This document shows positions 40,971-54,480 of a DNA stretch of 64,000 bases, piece after piece. Every line of letters starts with the position of its first letter. The stretch's first letter is position 1. A program made the position numbers and the translations under genes. The notes under the pieces are model-generated. The model was not told where the DNA came from, ran no database searches, and worked only from the letters and a program-made list of their open reading frames with translations. Origin of the DNA: Camelus dromedarius (lineage: Eukaryota); assembly GCF_036321535.1 (NCBI RefSeq), contig NC_087437.1, positions 21,392,001 through 21,456,000 of the forward strand, read 5' to 3'.

Positions 40971-43900
40971 ACACACACACCTCTTAATAATAATGAGCCA
41001 AACAGACAAAATAAGAAAGTCAGTAAGGGTATACATAAAATTTCAACACAATTAGTAAGTGTGATCTAAGAGACATGTGTAGCAACATGCCCCCAAAATG
41101 GGAGAATGTACACTGTCTCCTGAAGAATTCTCTTTTGAAACAATGCCTCATTTGATGAGGTCAGTATAACCCGGACACCAAAGTCAGTTAAGAAATGGAA
41201 CAGTATGTTAAATTACAGTCAAATTTAACTTATGTACAGTAACAAAATCAATACAGAAAACCACAGAGATCAATAAACACTAGGAGGATTATATGGTAAA
41301 GGAGACCTAATAGCAGAAAAGATTAAATACTTAATAATAAATTATAAGTATTGTAATTACAATAAATTACAATACTTAATAATACATGTATAAAACTTGT
41401 ATGAGGGAATTAAAAACCTCTATCCACACAAAAGCCTGCACATGAATGTCCGAAGCATTATTGTAGTAGCCAAAAAGTGTACACAAACCCACGTGCCCAC
41501 CAGCTGATGAATGTATAAATAAAATGGGCTGATTCTACACAGGGAATGTGTATTATTTGGCAATATGAAGGAGGTGAACTACGATACATGTACAAACCTA
41601 GAAACTATCATGCTAAGTGAAAGGAGCTAGTCACAAAATGCCACATGTTGTATGAGTCCATTTCTATGAACTAGAGTTCAAAGTAGGCAAATTCATACAA
41701 ACAGTAAATCAGTAGCTGCCAGGGGCTGGAGGGAGAAGGGAAGGGGGAGTGATTGCTAATGGGTACAGTTTCTCTTCGGGGTGATGAAAATGTTCAGGAA
41801 TTAGGTAGTGGTGATGGCTGCACATATCTGTGAATATAGGAAAAAACACTGAATCATACACTTTAAAAGGTGGATTTTATGATAAGTGAATTATACTAAC
41901 GTTCTTTAAAAAAAACAACTGAGTTAGTTTTTAAACACTCCTAAAAGACACTAAAGAAGACCTAAACAATGGAAAGACATATCCTGTTTTTGGCTAAGAC
42001 AAGTGAACATTATAAGGATATAAATTCTAAGTTAATTCGTAAACTTTTAATTCATAAACTCAACGTAATCCCAATAAAAACACTAACAAGTCACTTTACA
42101 GAGTTAGACAAGTTGATTTTACTGTTGATATGGAAAGCAAACATGCAAGAATAACTAGGAAAGCACTGAAAAAGGACAACTACAAAGGGAAAATAGCCTT
42201 ATCAGACATTAAAACATACTATAATTAAAACATTGTAGTACACATGCACAAACAGGCCAAAAGGTTAGTGGATAGAATAAAAGTCTAGAGTTAGACCCAA
42301 ATACATACGAAAATCTAGTATATGACAAAGGTGGCATCTCCAATCATTGGGTAAGGATGCACTTTTTTTGATTTCTTAAAAATTGTGGTAAAATATAACA
42401 TAAAATTTACTACGTTAACCATTTCACAGCTTGGAGCTCAGTAGCACCAAGGACATTCACACTGCCCTGTAACCAACCCACAGAGCTATTTTTGTCTTGA
42501 AGAACTGCAACCACATAATCATTAAACAATAAGTCCACATTCACCCCCTCCCCCTAGCCCCTGACAACCACACTCTACTTTCTGTCTCTGTGATTTTGAT
42601 TACTCTAAGTACCTCACAGAAATGGAATCATACAGTACTTGTCCTTTGGTGATTGGCTTATTTCACTTAGCATAATATTCTCAGGGTCCATCTTTGTTAC
42701 AGCATGTGTCAAGGTTTTCTTCCTTTTTAAGGCTAAAAAATATTCCACTGCATGTATATACCTCATTGTGCTAATCCATTCATCTGTCAACGAACACGTG
42801 GGTTGCTTCTATCTCCTGTAAACATGGATACTTACCTAAGTATACAAATATCTCTTTGAGACTCTGCTTTCAATTCTTTTGAGTATATACCCAGAAGTGG
42901 AACTGTTGAATTACACGGTAATTCTACTTGGAATTTTTTGAGGAGCTTCCATGCTGTTTTCCACACGGTCTGTACAATTTTATATTCCCACTAACAGTGT
43001 AAGGGTTCCAGTTGCTCCACCAACCAAGGTTCCAATCCTCCCCAGCACTTGCTATTTTCTGGTTTTGATAGGAACCAAACTTACAGATATGTGACTGTAT
43101 CCTACTATGGTTCTGATTTACATTTCTCTAATGATCAGTGGATGCTGAACATATTTTCATGTGCTTTTTGGCCATTTGTATATCTTCCTTGTAGAAATGT
43201 CTATTCAAGTTCTTTGCCCATTTTTTAACTGGGTTGTTTGGTTTTTGGTGGAAGCTCTTCATATATCCTACGTATTAACCCCTTGTGAGATAACATGATT
43301 TGCAAAATTTTTCTCCCATTCCATATATTGCCTTTTTATTCTATTACTGGTGTTTTTTGATGCACCCGAGTTTTAAACTCTGATGTAGTCCAATTTACCT
43401 ATTTTCACTTTTGTTTCCTGTGCTTTTGGCACGTTTTTTATCCTGCAACTTTGCTGAATTTGCTTATTAGTTCTAATAGGTGTATGTATGTAGAATCTTT
43501 AGGATTTTCTACATATAAGTCCAATTTAGATAGCTTTTATTTTGTCTTCTTACCTGATTGCTCTGTCTAGGATTTCCAGGACTGTGTTAAATAGAAGCGG
43601 TGAGGGCAGACATCCTTGTCTAGTTCCTGAACTGAGAAGACACGCTTTCTGTCTTTCTCCATTGAGTGTCATGTTAGTTGTGGGCTTTTCGTATGTGGCC
43701 TTTATTACACTGAGGTAGTTTCCTCCTATTCCTAGTTTGTTGAGTGTTTTTATCATAAAGAGTGTCAAATTTTGTCAAGTGTTTTTCTGTATCAACTGAA
43801 AAAGACTGACTTTTTAATAAATGGTGCTGGGTAGCCATTTTGAAAAAGATAAAATTAGATCGTGTATCTCACACCACACACACACACACAAATAACTCCA

Positions 43901-45137
43901 AAAGGATTAGAAATTAAGATGTAAAAAATGAAAGTGGGCATCCATCAACTTAACCTAGGTAAACGAAGGTAGCCAAGGCAAACATCACCAACAATAAAAC
44001 ACACTGACATGATGAACCCCTTGATGAGTTCTGTGAAAGATAAAGACTCATCATTTTTGGTGGTATTTTTATAAAAAAGCATAACTGTACTCCAACCACA
44101 AGACAACATTAGACAAAGTCAAATAAAGGACATTCTGAAAAATATGTGATTAATACTCTTCCAAAACATCAAGGTCATGCAACAAAGAAAAGCTGAAGGC
44201 TAGTAGAGAATAGAGAAGACCAAGGCGAAACAAGTAAACACAATGTGGGGTCCTGGATAGAATCCTGCAACGGAAAAATGTCACTAGTGAAAAAGCTGAT
44301 GAAATTTACATAAGGTCGATAGTCTGGTTAATAATACCGTACTGATGTTAACTTCTTGCTCTTGGTAACTATAGTATGGTTATGTAAAATGTTAACACTA
44401 GGGGAAATGCACTGAGAGATACAATTAAACTTTTTGTACAACTTTTGCGTCTTTCCTGTACATCTAAAATTAGTTCAAAATAAAAAGTTTAAAAAAAAGA
44501 AATACAACAATAATTATACCATTAAGAGCGATGACCATCAAAAGAACTGAAAGTAGATATGGTTAAAGGTAGTTTTACCGATTCCGGATAGCTCCCTTCG
44601 GGAAGAGGTGTTCGTGACTGGAAAGGGACAGGAGGGTGCTGGTAACGGTCCATTTCTGGACCTAGGGTGCTGGTTACACAGATGTGTGGTTGAGTTAGTG
44701 AGAATCTGTGCAATTTTAGAAATCTATAATCTTTCAGTAAAAAGCAATTTTTTAAAAGACAATTTTACCTCTGGAGAGTGGGATTAAAATATGAGGAAGA
44801 CTTTCCCTTTAGAAAAATTTTAAATTGATAACTGCCAAATGTTAATACAAGTCAGAAAGGCAAACCTGAGACCCTAGACCCAGGAGAATTCAGAAAGCAC
44901 AACTGGTCTATTTTAATTCCTCGCCCTTAGCAACTGATCCCCCATATTCTTCTTGAAAAAAAGTGGGATTCGTGTAAGATATCCAAGGGCTAAGACTAAG
45001 AGCAGACATAATAGGGAGTATCTTCATGGGGGACTATCAGACACAATAAGATTTACACATAAATGTAAACTGTGAGAGTTTCCGACACTGGACATAAAAA
45101 TTTTACCAAACACATCTGGTTACTTAAGATAGATGTA

Positions 45138-45238
45138 ATATGAATACGAATATATGCATGTATATGCATGACTGGGACACTGTGCTGTACACTAGAGATT
45201 GACACATTGTAACTGACTGTACATTAAAAAAATTTGAA
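45138..45238 (+). mobile_element. About 100-bp young L1 3' tail
   Basis: tatatgcatgactgggacactgtgctgtacactagag...; TSD atagatgta at 45129-45137 and 45239-45247. Confidence 0.8.
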
Positions 45239-48200
45239 ATAGATGTAGATTAAATGCAAAAAATTCATCAAAGTTGCTTCCAGCCACAGCATGAAAAAAA
45301 TGCTTCCTATTCTGCATATTGTTATGGAAAGCCTAAAAAATAACTAGTTAGTAGGCTGAGAATTACTCTAAGCTTGGGGTAAGATGATAAGAATAGTCAG
45401 AAAAAGTTTCACATAAATAAGTCGAATGTAATAGTTGCCTGTTTCCACTCAAGGGAAATCCAAGTCAAAGTGTTTCTTTCCAGGGTGAAATATGGGAGTG
45501 AATTTTACACAAACAGGAAGGAGTATTAAGTAAGTCAGAGATTTTTGATTGTAAGATAGATACCTAACTAGATGGATAGCCAGTCTGAGCTCTTTTCTGC
45601 AGCTGGTCAGAATGCTTCCATACATACCTAGAGTTAAAGGTGAAGAGAAAAGAATCCTTTTGAACAATATTTTCTACTTTAGTGAAAAGATATGTACTAT
45701 CATTCTTATTTTCAAATACACATTTCCTTGTTGCATATTCAATTTCCCAGACAAGTCCACACCACCGTTGATAACAGCCACCACATCTTTGACCACAAGA
45801 TACATGGTGCTCCCACTCTGTGACTAACAATAAACACTGTCTCTATTATTTGCTATTATATTTTAATTTTTATTACTTTTTGGAACACTTTTAGCCTTCT
45901 CTTCTTTCATGACAATGATGATTTTACAACATTTCATAATACCCATGTTTCTTTCAGCCTGCATATATTTAATTTTTGAACAAGTCAAAAGGACATGTCA
46001 CATATAGCATCAGCATTAAAACAAAATTATGAATTTATGTTATGAAGGAGTTATGTTAATAACTTATCTAAGCAGTTACTTTTTCTATTCACAGTAAACC
46101 AGTCAGTATAATAGATTCACACAGCTCATAATCATGATTTAACTGATTAACTGAAATACAGCTCAATTTAAGATACCACACACAACATTATACAGAAATG
46201 GTCTATTTTGGAATTATAGTATAGTGACACTAGAGAAAGGAAAATCAATCAAAAACGATGGCTAATTTTCAAATCACACACTTATATTTGGATAAACTCA
46301 CAACACTCTAGGGAAAACAGAAACTATATACTGGGAAGACCTAACTAAGAATAAGCTATAAAGATGCCTGGGTTCTTGCAGGGTCTGAAGGCCTAAGTAT
46401 CTGAGCAAGGCAGTACAGCGGGATGGCTAGCTCCACAGTCACAGACATTCATGTTTGAGCCCCACTCTGCCATCATTGTCTTTCTCCTTCCAGTAAAGCA
46501 ATGTATGTCCTCTGTAAAATGAAAAACAACTGAACATATCTCAAGCACTTCAGGGAGGATTAAACGAGATCCTTATCACATTGCACGTGTTGGGTAAAGT
46601 AATCCATTAACATTCATAGCAAGTACAGAGTGTTCAGATTATGGATCTTTATTTTCTAACTTAATCCTAAAAAACATGTTAAAGTCTTTTACATTTTGTA
46701 GGTTACGAAAGAATAGCCTTGGAAATAGGATTTCAGTTTTTCCAACGAGCTGCTTATCTTAACAGAATCCCTTATTTTCTTTACTTACTATAATCTCTCT
46801 CATCTCCCTTAAAATTTCTTTCTGTTATGGGGAAGAAGGGTTTTGTATGTGGTGACCCCTTTTTAAAAAGTCTTTTCCTCAGCATTAGTTTAACACGCTT
46901 TTGCTTAGTGTTTCAGTTTCTTGAAATTTATTCTTATTTTATATCACTTATGTCAAGAGAGGAAATTCAATTGTCTTGAACTTTTTTCCCTAGAGTAAAA
47001 CTTCAATTAGCCTATGAAATTAACAACTCAGAGCAGATCTTTCTCAGAGTAGATCTTTCTCAGAGTTATAGAATCTGATAGTCCATATTGTCCCAAGAAT
47101 ACTGTTGGACCTGATATAGTAAAAATACAAGAAATTAATTTGACCTGGGAAGAGGGAGTACTTTTTTTAGTTCTTTCAGAGAGAGCCCATTTATAAAAAA
47201 AATATTTAGCCACTTTTACCTTGTAATGAGCTAGCTTACTAATTACGTTAGCTAATCTCTGCTCAAATTTTAAGGTCAATGGAAGAAGTTATTACTACTG
47301 AGAGACCTAAAATCACTGATATGAATTGGAAAAGCATCTAACATCAGCTAACACCTAAATACCGCTACGTCCTAACAGAAATGTATGCTAAAGCATTTTC
47401 TAGGTTTAAAATAACTCATTGATAGTACTACTGAACTAATTTCAGTTTTGAATTTTTCTTTGACAATGTTTTTGCGTTACTTGTTTCCACAGTAATCCTG
47501 CTTATTCACAGCTGCTTTGCTGAGTTCCAGCTCTGAAAAGTTGAAACTTGAAAGAAGCAAAACACATGTACAGAAACCATGCACTCTGTATATTTGAAAA
47601 TCAGACAGCTGCATTTATTCCATTTATCCCTGAGCTTTATTAAATGTTTCACTTTTTTAAAAAGACAAAAACCTCCAAACAATGATTAGCGTTTGGCACC
47701 TGAATTAAAATCAGATGATTGTTTGCCTTTTGCTTTTTCATTTTTGCAATTTCAAAATAAGCTTAATAAGTTATCTTAATTGTCTGACATGTTATCTAAA
47801 GTTTTTATTATGACAGTACAAAGATTTCAAGAGAACAAGGCTCATGATTCTTTTTCCATATAATAATCAAGGAATTCATATTGTAATTGGTTTTTTTAGA
47901 TAAGAATTTAAGCTGCCCTCATCCACTTCTTTTCCAACCAAAATAGTTCTTACGAAAATCTATTTGAAAAACTACCTATTTATAAGCTCTCTTGGAAAAA
48001 AAACCCTTCTGAAATCATTTTTTGACCACTATTGTTAATGTTCCACAAATTATTTTCTTTAAAGATCTATGTTTAGTAACTATTTTTTACAGCAACTGTG
48101 ATACAGAATGTCTTGAACAGTATGAAGTTAACGGTAAAATTGTAGGCAAAATGTTAACATCAGTAAGTACTCTATTGCTTTTCACATATGATGGCATTTT

Positions 48201-48424
48201 TCACAGATTTTCAGCAGATGTTTCTTAGAATGACTGCACAGGTAATATATTCTGTTACCTTTGAACACTGATCTGTTCAGCTTAAAAATACATAATCACC
48301 ATGCTCAGATAATGTTCCTACTTGTAAAGACTTTATAGCTAAAAATGTAACAATTAGTGCAGAATCACTTATCTAACAGTTTTTCCAAACTTTCATTAGC
48401 TTGTTATTTGTTAGTTGTATACGT

Positions 48425-48700
48425 TCTTTTTTCTCTTCCGGTTATACTGACACACAATTGTCAAACAGCACTGTATAACTTTCAGGTAGACAGCATGATG
48501 ATTTATCTGCGTACATTATGAAAGGATTATCACAATAAGCCTAGTGACTATCCATCATCTCATAGAATACAAAATGAAAGAGAGAAAAATGTTTTCTTGT
48601 GATGGGAGCTCTTAGGACTTACTCTCTTAACAACTTTCACATATAACATAGAGCAGTGTTAATTGCATTCATCATGTTGTACATTACATCCCTAGTTCTA
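48425..48700 (-). mobile_element. L1MA-type 3' end fragment
   Basis: ttcttgtgatgggagctcttaggacttactctcttaacaactttcacatat (reverse of the L1 end at 28470-28510). Confidence 0.75.
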
Positions 48701-49059
48701 ATGGTGGCTGGTTATCATCCTCTCCTCTCCTCCCCTACCCTTTCTTTCTCTCCCTCTCCCTCCACGTCTTCCAATAGCATGTAATAAATCTTTCTCTTTT
48801 ATAGGTAGTTTTATATCACACTATTACAATTTCAAGGATGCAGTAAAAAAAAAACTTAGTAGATTGATTTTTTTAATTGTTCACTCTCAAGTGGTCTAAG
48901 AGGGGAGTTAATGCTTCCAGTTTTTATTAAATATTTTATTTTGGTAATTTTGAAATACACACTGTTCTTCCACACTTAGAGGTTTGTTATTTTACAAAAT
49001 ACGTTTATTTTGTTGATTTAACTTACATAGAACTGAGTTGGTCACTTTAACAAACGCAC

Positions 49060-49147
49060 TCTTTTTTTTAATGGAGGTACTGGGGATTGAACTCAGGACC
49101 TCCTGCATGCTAAGCTTGCATCCTACCACTGAGCTACACCTCCCCCT
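49060..49147 (-). mobile_element. Vic-1-like SINE, short form (tRNA head plus A tail)
   Basis: atggaggtactggggattgaactcagg...actgagctacacctcccc. Confidence 0.88.
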
Positions 49148-50199
49148 AACAAGCTCATTCTTTAATAAAACTTGGCTGTTTTCAAAGTAAAATGGAATCT
49201 GTTACATAAACTTATTATGCTTTTGAGTATTTGGAAAAAAAAAAAGATTTCTGGATTCTCCAAATACTTTCCCCTATTCTATCTTTCCCTGCACTTAGAA
49301 TTCGTCAAGGGTGGAGGCAATGTCATGTTCCTCTGTCAACTCAGGGCCTCACATGGTGCCTGTGACATAGCAGGCACTGCACATCTGTCAGCTGAGTGAC
49401 GCACAAGCCCAGCTCAAAGTCCAGCTGGGGGGGGGGGGAACACCACCTCTCCATGCTTGCTATCTGGCTGATGGTTTGTATTATCTTTAAGAATAAGGGA
49501 GGTTAAAAAAGGGTGAGGGGAGGACCTTGAGTTTAAAAGGATAGCAAACAGAAAACAGAATAAGGAAGTTGGAAAGTACTCAAAAATAAAAAATCTCATT
49601 AGATCATTATAGATGTTTCCAGTGGGGAAGAAAAGACTTTAAAGAGATACATGCATTTTGAAAACAAAGATGACTCTGGCTGCAATGATTAAGGGACTGG
49701 AGACAGAAAAAGATGGAAAGAAGGAAGATCAATAGGAAGCTATTACTGTAGAGATGGAGGCCCAGGCTACAGTAACAACTGTAGAAATGGAGAGAAATGG
49801 GTGTCGATTAACCTGTTTCCAGCATCTCTATCAAGAAAAACTCTCTTCAGACTGGATGGGGTTAAACAAGCATTGGCATCTTGCGCAAAACGGTCATGTA
49901 ATAAATTTAATCAATGAATTAATGGAAACCAAAGCTCAATACGGATGAGAGTATTTTTAAAGAGAGTTCCTAACTGCTCCAAGCAAACCTTCGGTGAGGT
50001 TTATCACTCCAGATGGAATGTCCACACCGCTGCTGGGGAAAGGGGGTCTTGCCAACTACTGACCACTTAGGTTAAATGTAGCTCTAGGCAAGATGTTAGA
50101 ATCAATTACTGAGTGGACTTTATGAACACAAAAAAGCAGTAACCAACACACGCCACTGGAAACCAGTCTAGTTTCATTAAGGACAAGTAATGACAAATT

Positions 50200-51450
50200 A
50201 ATGCTCTTTTCCTGACAGTTACTGAACAGACAGGAGTTTTTAAATGAAGTATATAAAATTATCTGGCCTTTAGGAAGGCAAGTGTTAAAATTTCTTACAT
50301 ATTCCTTGTGAAAACCTGGAACTATCTGAGGTAGATAATGATAAATTAGCTGGATTTCTAATTGGCTGAACAACTTGAACCAAAGAATAAACAAGTTTTT
50401 AAAAATCAATCCTAAGAGAGGTCTCCAGCAGGGCAAGACCTCTGTTCTTAGGCCTGCCTAGGCAACATTTTCGTAAGACTTAAATGAAGGCTGTCAGCAT
50501 TATCAAACGTATAGTTTCTCAAGTCTTTTGTACTGAATGACCAAATCAAGATTTTTTTTTTAGAGTCAACATACTGGAACCAACCTGACAAGATACAATT
50601 TAATTTAGATAAATGCAAAGTCCTACCAAAAAATGTTCTATCAAAGACCTGGGAGAGCACCGACAAAACAACTCAAAGATTCTAATTGATTACAATGTCA
50701 ATAATGGGTAATGTACATAGCACTTAAATGCCAGGGACCACTCTAAATGCTCTACATTATATGCATTCATTTATTCCTTAAAACAACTCTATGAAATAGG
50801 TACTACTGTAAATTCCATTTTACAGATGAGAAAATTGAGGCCCCAAAAGGTTTACAAAATTTACTCAAGGTCACCCAGCTGATAAACTGTACAGCCAGGA
50901 TCTAAACCCAGGCAGGCTAGACCCAGAGTTCATCTTCTTAGACAGGACATTATCATGAATTAACAGTGCAATATCATTGCCAGAGAAGCAAGTCTACTCT
51001 TAAAGTACATGCTTTAAAATCAGAAAGATAACTTATGGTCTTCTCTACTGGTTAATGTCTCATTATGGCTACTACACTTCCAGTTTCTTTTTATTTTTAT
51101 TTTTCAAATGGAGGTACTGGGAATTGAACCAAGCACCTCAGGCAGGCTCAGCATGTGCTCTACCAACTATACCCCAACCCCCATGGCTACTACACTTTTA
51201 AGAAGAATTTGGGCGAACAGACACACCCACAAATAAGCCATCAGTATTGTGAGAAGATGCAGATCAAACAACAAAAATCATTAGAAGGTAAAAACTGAGA
51301 ATATCTTGTCTAGTGAAGAAAAGAATCAGTAGGATATATGAAGTAGCTTTAAATATCTGAAAACATATAGAGGAGACAGAACTAGCACCAGTGAAGATAT
51401 AACTTCTAATTCAGTGAAAGAAATAATTTTATAAAAATTAGAGTTGTCCA
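50200..51450 (+). mobile_element. Ancient L3/CR1 LINE relic interrupted by a MIR (about 50700-50950) and a Vic-1-like SINE
   Basis: CR1 RT-region-like motifs aattggctgaacaac, tctgttcttaggcctg, agataaatgcaaagtcctac, gctttaaatatctgaaaa. Confidence 0.55.
51080..51182 (-). mobile_element. Vic-1-like SINE, short form
   Basis: atggaggtactgggaattgaacc...; perfect TSD atggctactacactt at 51065-51079 and 51183-51197. Confidence 0.9.
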
Positions 51451-54121
51451 AATATCTTTGCCTAAGAAACTATGGCTCTTCTCTCCAGAAAAATATACAA
51501 ATGCATATAATTTTGTATAAAATTTCCAAGGGTTCACAAATCTACTTTTTAAATCTATTCATGTCCCATACCTAGAGTCATATATCCCAGGTTAAAATGG
51601 AAAAGATTCAAGTATGAAGAGATGAATGTATTTAATTATCTTTAAAATTCATTACAACTTAAAATTTTATGACATACGAAAACTCAACTCTATGCTTTCT
51701 GGTTTCTTCTAAGATACATTAAGATACACACCTCTTACAATAAGAGTTTAAAATATGGTAAGTTCAGAAAAACAGTGAAATCAAGTTTGCTAAGTGACAA
51801 CGTAAACTGACTGTAAGTAAGTTCATATATAGGATGGCTTATTTTAATCTTTAAAAGAAACATACCTCAGTGTAAAGGTGAAAAAAAAGGGCACTAATAT
51901 ACTACTCAATATCTAACATTTAATGGCCAAATTAGGTATTTCCCCCTCTTTAAGACTTCATCTTAAACTCCCCCTTTTCAAGTTTTATCTGTAGTTAACA
52001 GTTAAGGTTGACAAAAGAAGAAACAGTGGACTAGAAGACAGAATATTAGGTTCTAATTCACTAACTTTGCCATGAATTTAATTTTGGCTTAGTCTGTTTC
52101 TTCTCCATGTTCTAAGAACTTTCATATACCTAAAAGAGCTTCAAAAATGGTAAAGTGCTATGTAAATATGAATAACTCATGCATGATTTATAAAACATAA
52201 CACAGCAACAGCAAGAAAACAAAGCAGTCTTTCTACCACGTTAAAAAAAAAAGTAAAGGTATATTCACATTTCAATTCCTAATTACAAAAAGCAATCTTT
52301 GAATCCTTCAGGGTGTGTTTCAGCGTATAATTTTCATCCACAAATGCTTTCCACATTAAGGAGAAACATATCTGTACATCCAATTTCAAGCTGTATTAAG
52401 AGGACATAGCTCAGACAGTTAAGAATTTTGGCTGCAAGGGAAAAACTTGAAGGTGCCAAATGGACCACATATTTACAAGAGTTGGGGGGAAAGTTACATG
52501 ATCAAAAAATGGTAATATGAAGTTATCACACACTTGAAAATTCTGTTTTCTCTCTTCATTAAACAACCAGAAATAAAGAGAACTGAAAAAGGAGAGTTTA
52601 ATAAGTCTTGGGCCTTTATTCAATATAAGTGCCACACTGCTGAAGCTGCAAGTGCACTGCCAGAGCAGTGCTACAGACACCATGTCTGCCCTGAGCCTAG
52701 ACTCTAGTTCCAGGCACAAGATGTTCTAATAAATAACAAATGCATCCAGAGCCAGCACTCAAGTGTGACAGAATCCGGGGTCTAGGCATTTGATTTTTCT
52801 CCGGGTGCTACTTGAGAATGGACACTGTCATTAAAGATTTATTACAGTAACAGGAGAGTGATAAAGCCTCAGCTAAATTATAGGCTAACCCATGAAATGG
52901 AAAAGCAACATGCAATATCAGAGCAACTTAATTATTCTCTTTAATTTTGTACAGAAGGTAGGGTCATGATTACACCACATAGAGGACAGATCTATATAGA
53001 GATCAACTATATCTCTATTAGGTGAAGATGATTTCAAGCCAATAAGAGGAAAGAAAAGTGGCCCAGAAAAAATTAGGCTATAAAAGGCAAATGAAAAAAC
53101 ACAGCATTAAGGTCTGGGGGAGAAAGAGGAAGGAAGGGAATGAGCTACTGATTTACTAAAAAGAGAGTAAAGAAGTCGGACAGGGAGTCTGAGTCCTTTG
53201 AGATAGAATGAGGAAGAGAAAAGTATTCAAAGGCTCAAGGGAGCTTCAGCAGTGAATACGGAAAGGGATGAGCGTTAACCATTTCAACAGAAAAAGAGAA
53301 AAGACAATACGGGGAAATTTTCTAAACCATCTTTCACGGTGGTCAATAACAAAAATGCCTAATGCATGCAGGGCAGGTAACATTATATGGGGTAAGCTCT
53401 GTTCCAAATGATTCTGCCGATTAGTCCTTTTCCGTCTAGCAACACCCCCAATAGGTGGATATTACTATTTTACAGATGAAGAAACTGAGACCGCACAAGG
53501 CAAGGTAACACAAGCTGGCACCAGACGCCGAGCGCTCATCGGTTAGTTGAACTGTCTCTGCAAGATCCTACAAAAACCTTTTACACTTTTCTGTAGAGAG
53601 GGACCTTGGGTCTCTGGACGTCTCAGAGGCATCTGGGCCCAAAAAGTGATCCTCTGTCTCAGAGAAAAGTTCCCTTATGCGGGCTATGAGGCTCTTCCAA
53701 ATGCACAAGCCTTTGGAATTCTGAAACACACCTGAAATACAACTAAAATACAGATGGAGACGTGTGGATCATGAAAGGAGGAAAAGTCAGAACACCAGAC
53801 TTAGAAGCCATCCTCCTCCCCTGAAGGTACCGAGAGGAGAAAGCAGCCCTTCCTCTCTTCCACGAGGCGTGACTCAGGGACAGTGCCTCCCCACAATTTG
53901 CTGTGGGGGGTGGGGCGGGGGTCTCCTATTTCCGACTCTCCCACCCCCTTCCAGACACTCAAGGGTTACTCGCTAGGCCTGGAAGAACGCAAGGGAATAA
54001 ACAGATGGGACTCGGGTGACACGGGGCCCGGAGGCGCAGGGAGGGAAACCTGCCCCGGAACACGCCGGGCCGGGTCTAGAGGCCCTCTGCACGGGGCCCG
54101 CGCCCGCGCCCTGGACCTTAC

Positions 54122-54480
54122 CGCCGCTCGGCTGCAGAGGACGAGGTGGCCACGCAGGGCTGTTCCTCGAGCCCGAGGCGCGTCTTCGGGCGCCGCCGCT
54201 CCAGTGGCGCCCGCGCTTGGCGGCGGCCGAGTGCCGGCGGACTCACGCTCGGGGCAGGGTGAGCAATCCGCGGCCTGCCCAATCGCCGCCCTGGAGTTCG
54301 AGGCCCCGGGACGCCGACCGCGCGCGCGCCCTCGAGCTTGCCCAAAGAGGAAGGGTCAGGGCGCGCCCCGCGTACAGAGCAGCGCCGGCGGCTGCAGCCG
54401 AGATCGCTGGCGGCTTCGACCGCCCTCGCCCGGCCCTGCCTGCCTCTGCCCCGCTTCCCCCGCGCGAGGTTTGGCGGCGG
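54122..54480 (-). other. TFDP2: TFDP2 non-coding exon 1 (5' end approximate)
   Basis: Donor GAGCGGCG|gtaagg at 54122/54121 inside the CpG island. There is no ATG on the minus strand in this interval, and CCAAT, CRE and GC boxes lie just upstream. Confidence 0.75.

Larger units (their letters stand above)
27480..44720. mobile_element. About 17 kb cluster of nested L1 fragments of several ages, mostly on the + strand
   Basis: Old L1M 5'/ORF1/ORF2 relics are interrupted by + strand L1MA/MB 3' ends (about 28420-28660, 29310-30460, 32960-34110, 38760-39840, 41400-41910, 43920-44500) and by - strand copies (about 36060-37300, 42370-43800). ORF-track peptides at 29393, 36390, 38877, 41969 and 43550 are L1 ORF2-like. 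Confidence 0.85.
1..54480 (-). other. TFDP2: TFDP2 transcription unit, 5' part (exons 1-3, introns 1-2, start of intron 3); continues beyond position 1
   Basis: Spliced exons 2 and 3 translate to MTAKN-VGLTSTNAELRGFIDQNLSPTKG, matching the recalled human DP-2 N-terminus MTAKNVGLTSTNAEVRGFIDQNLSPTKG. Junctions are canonical GT-AG and a CpG island lies at the 5' end. The TSS is approximate. Confidence 0.93.
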
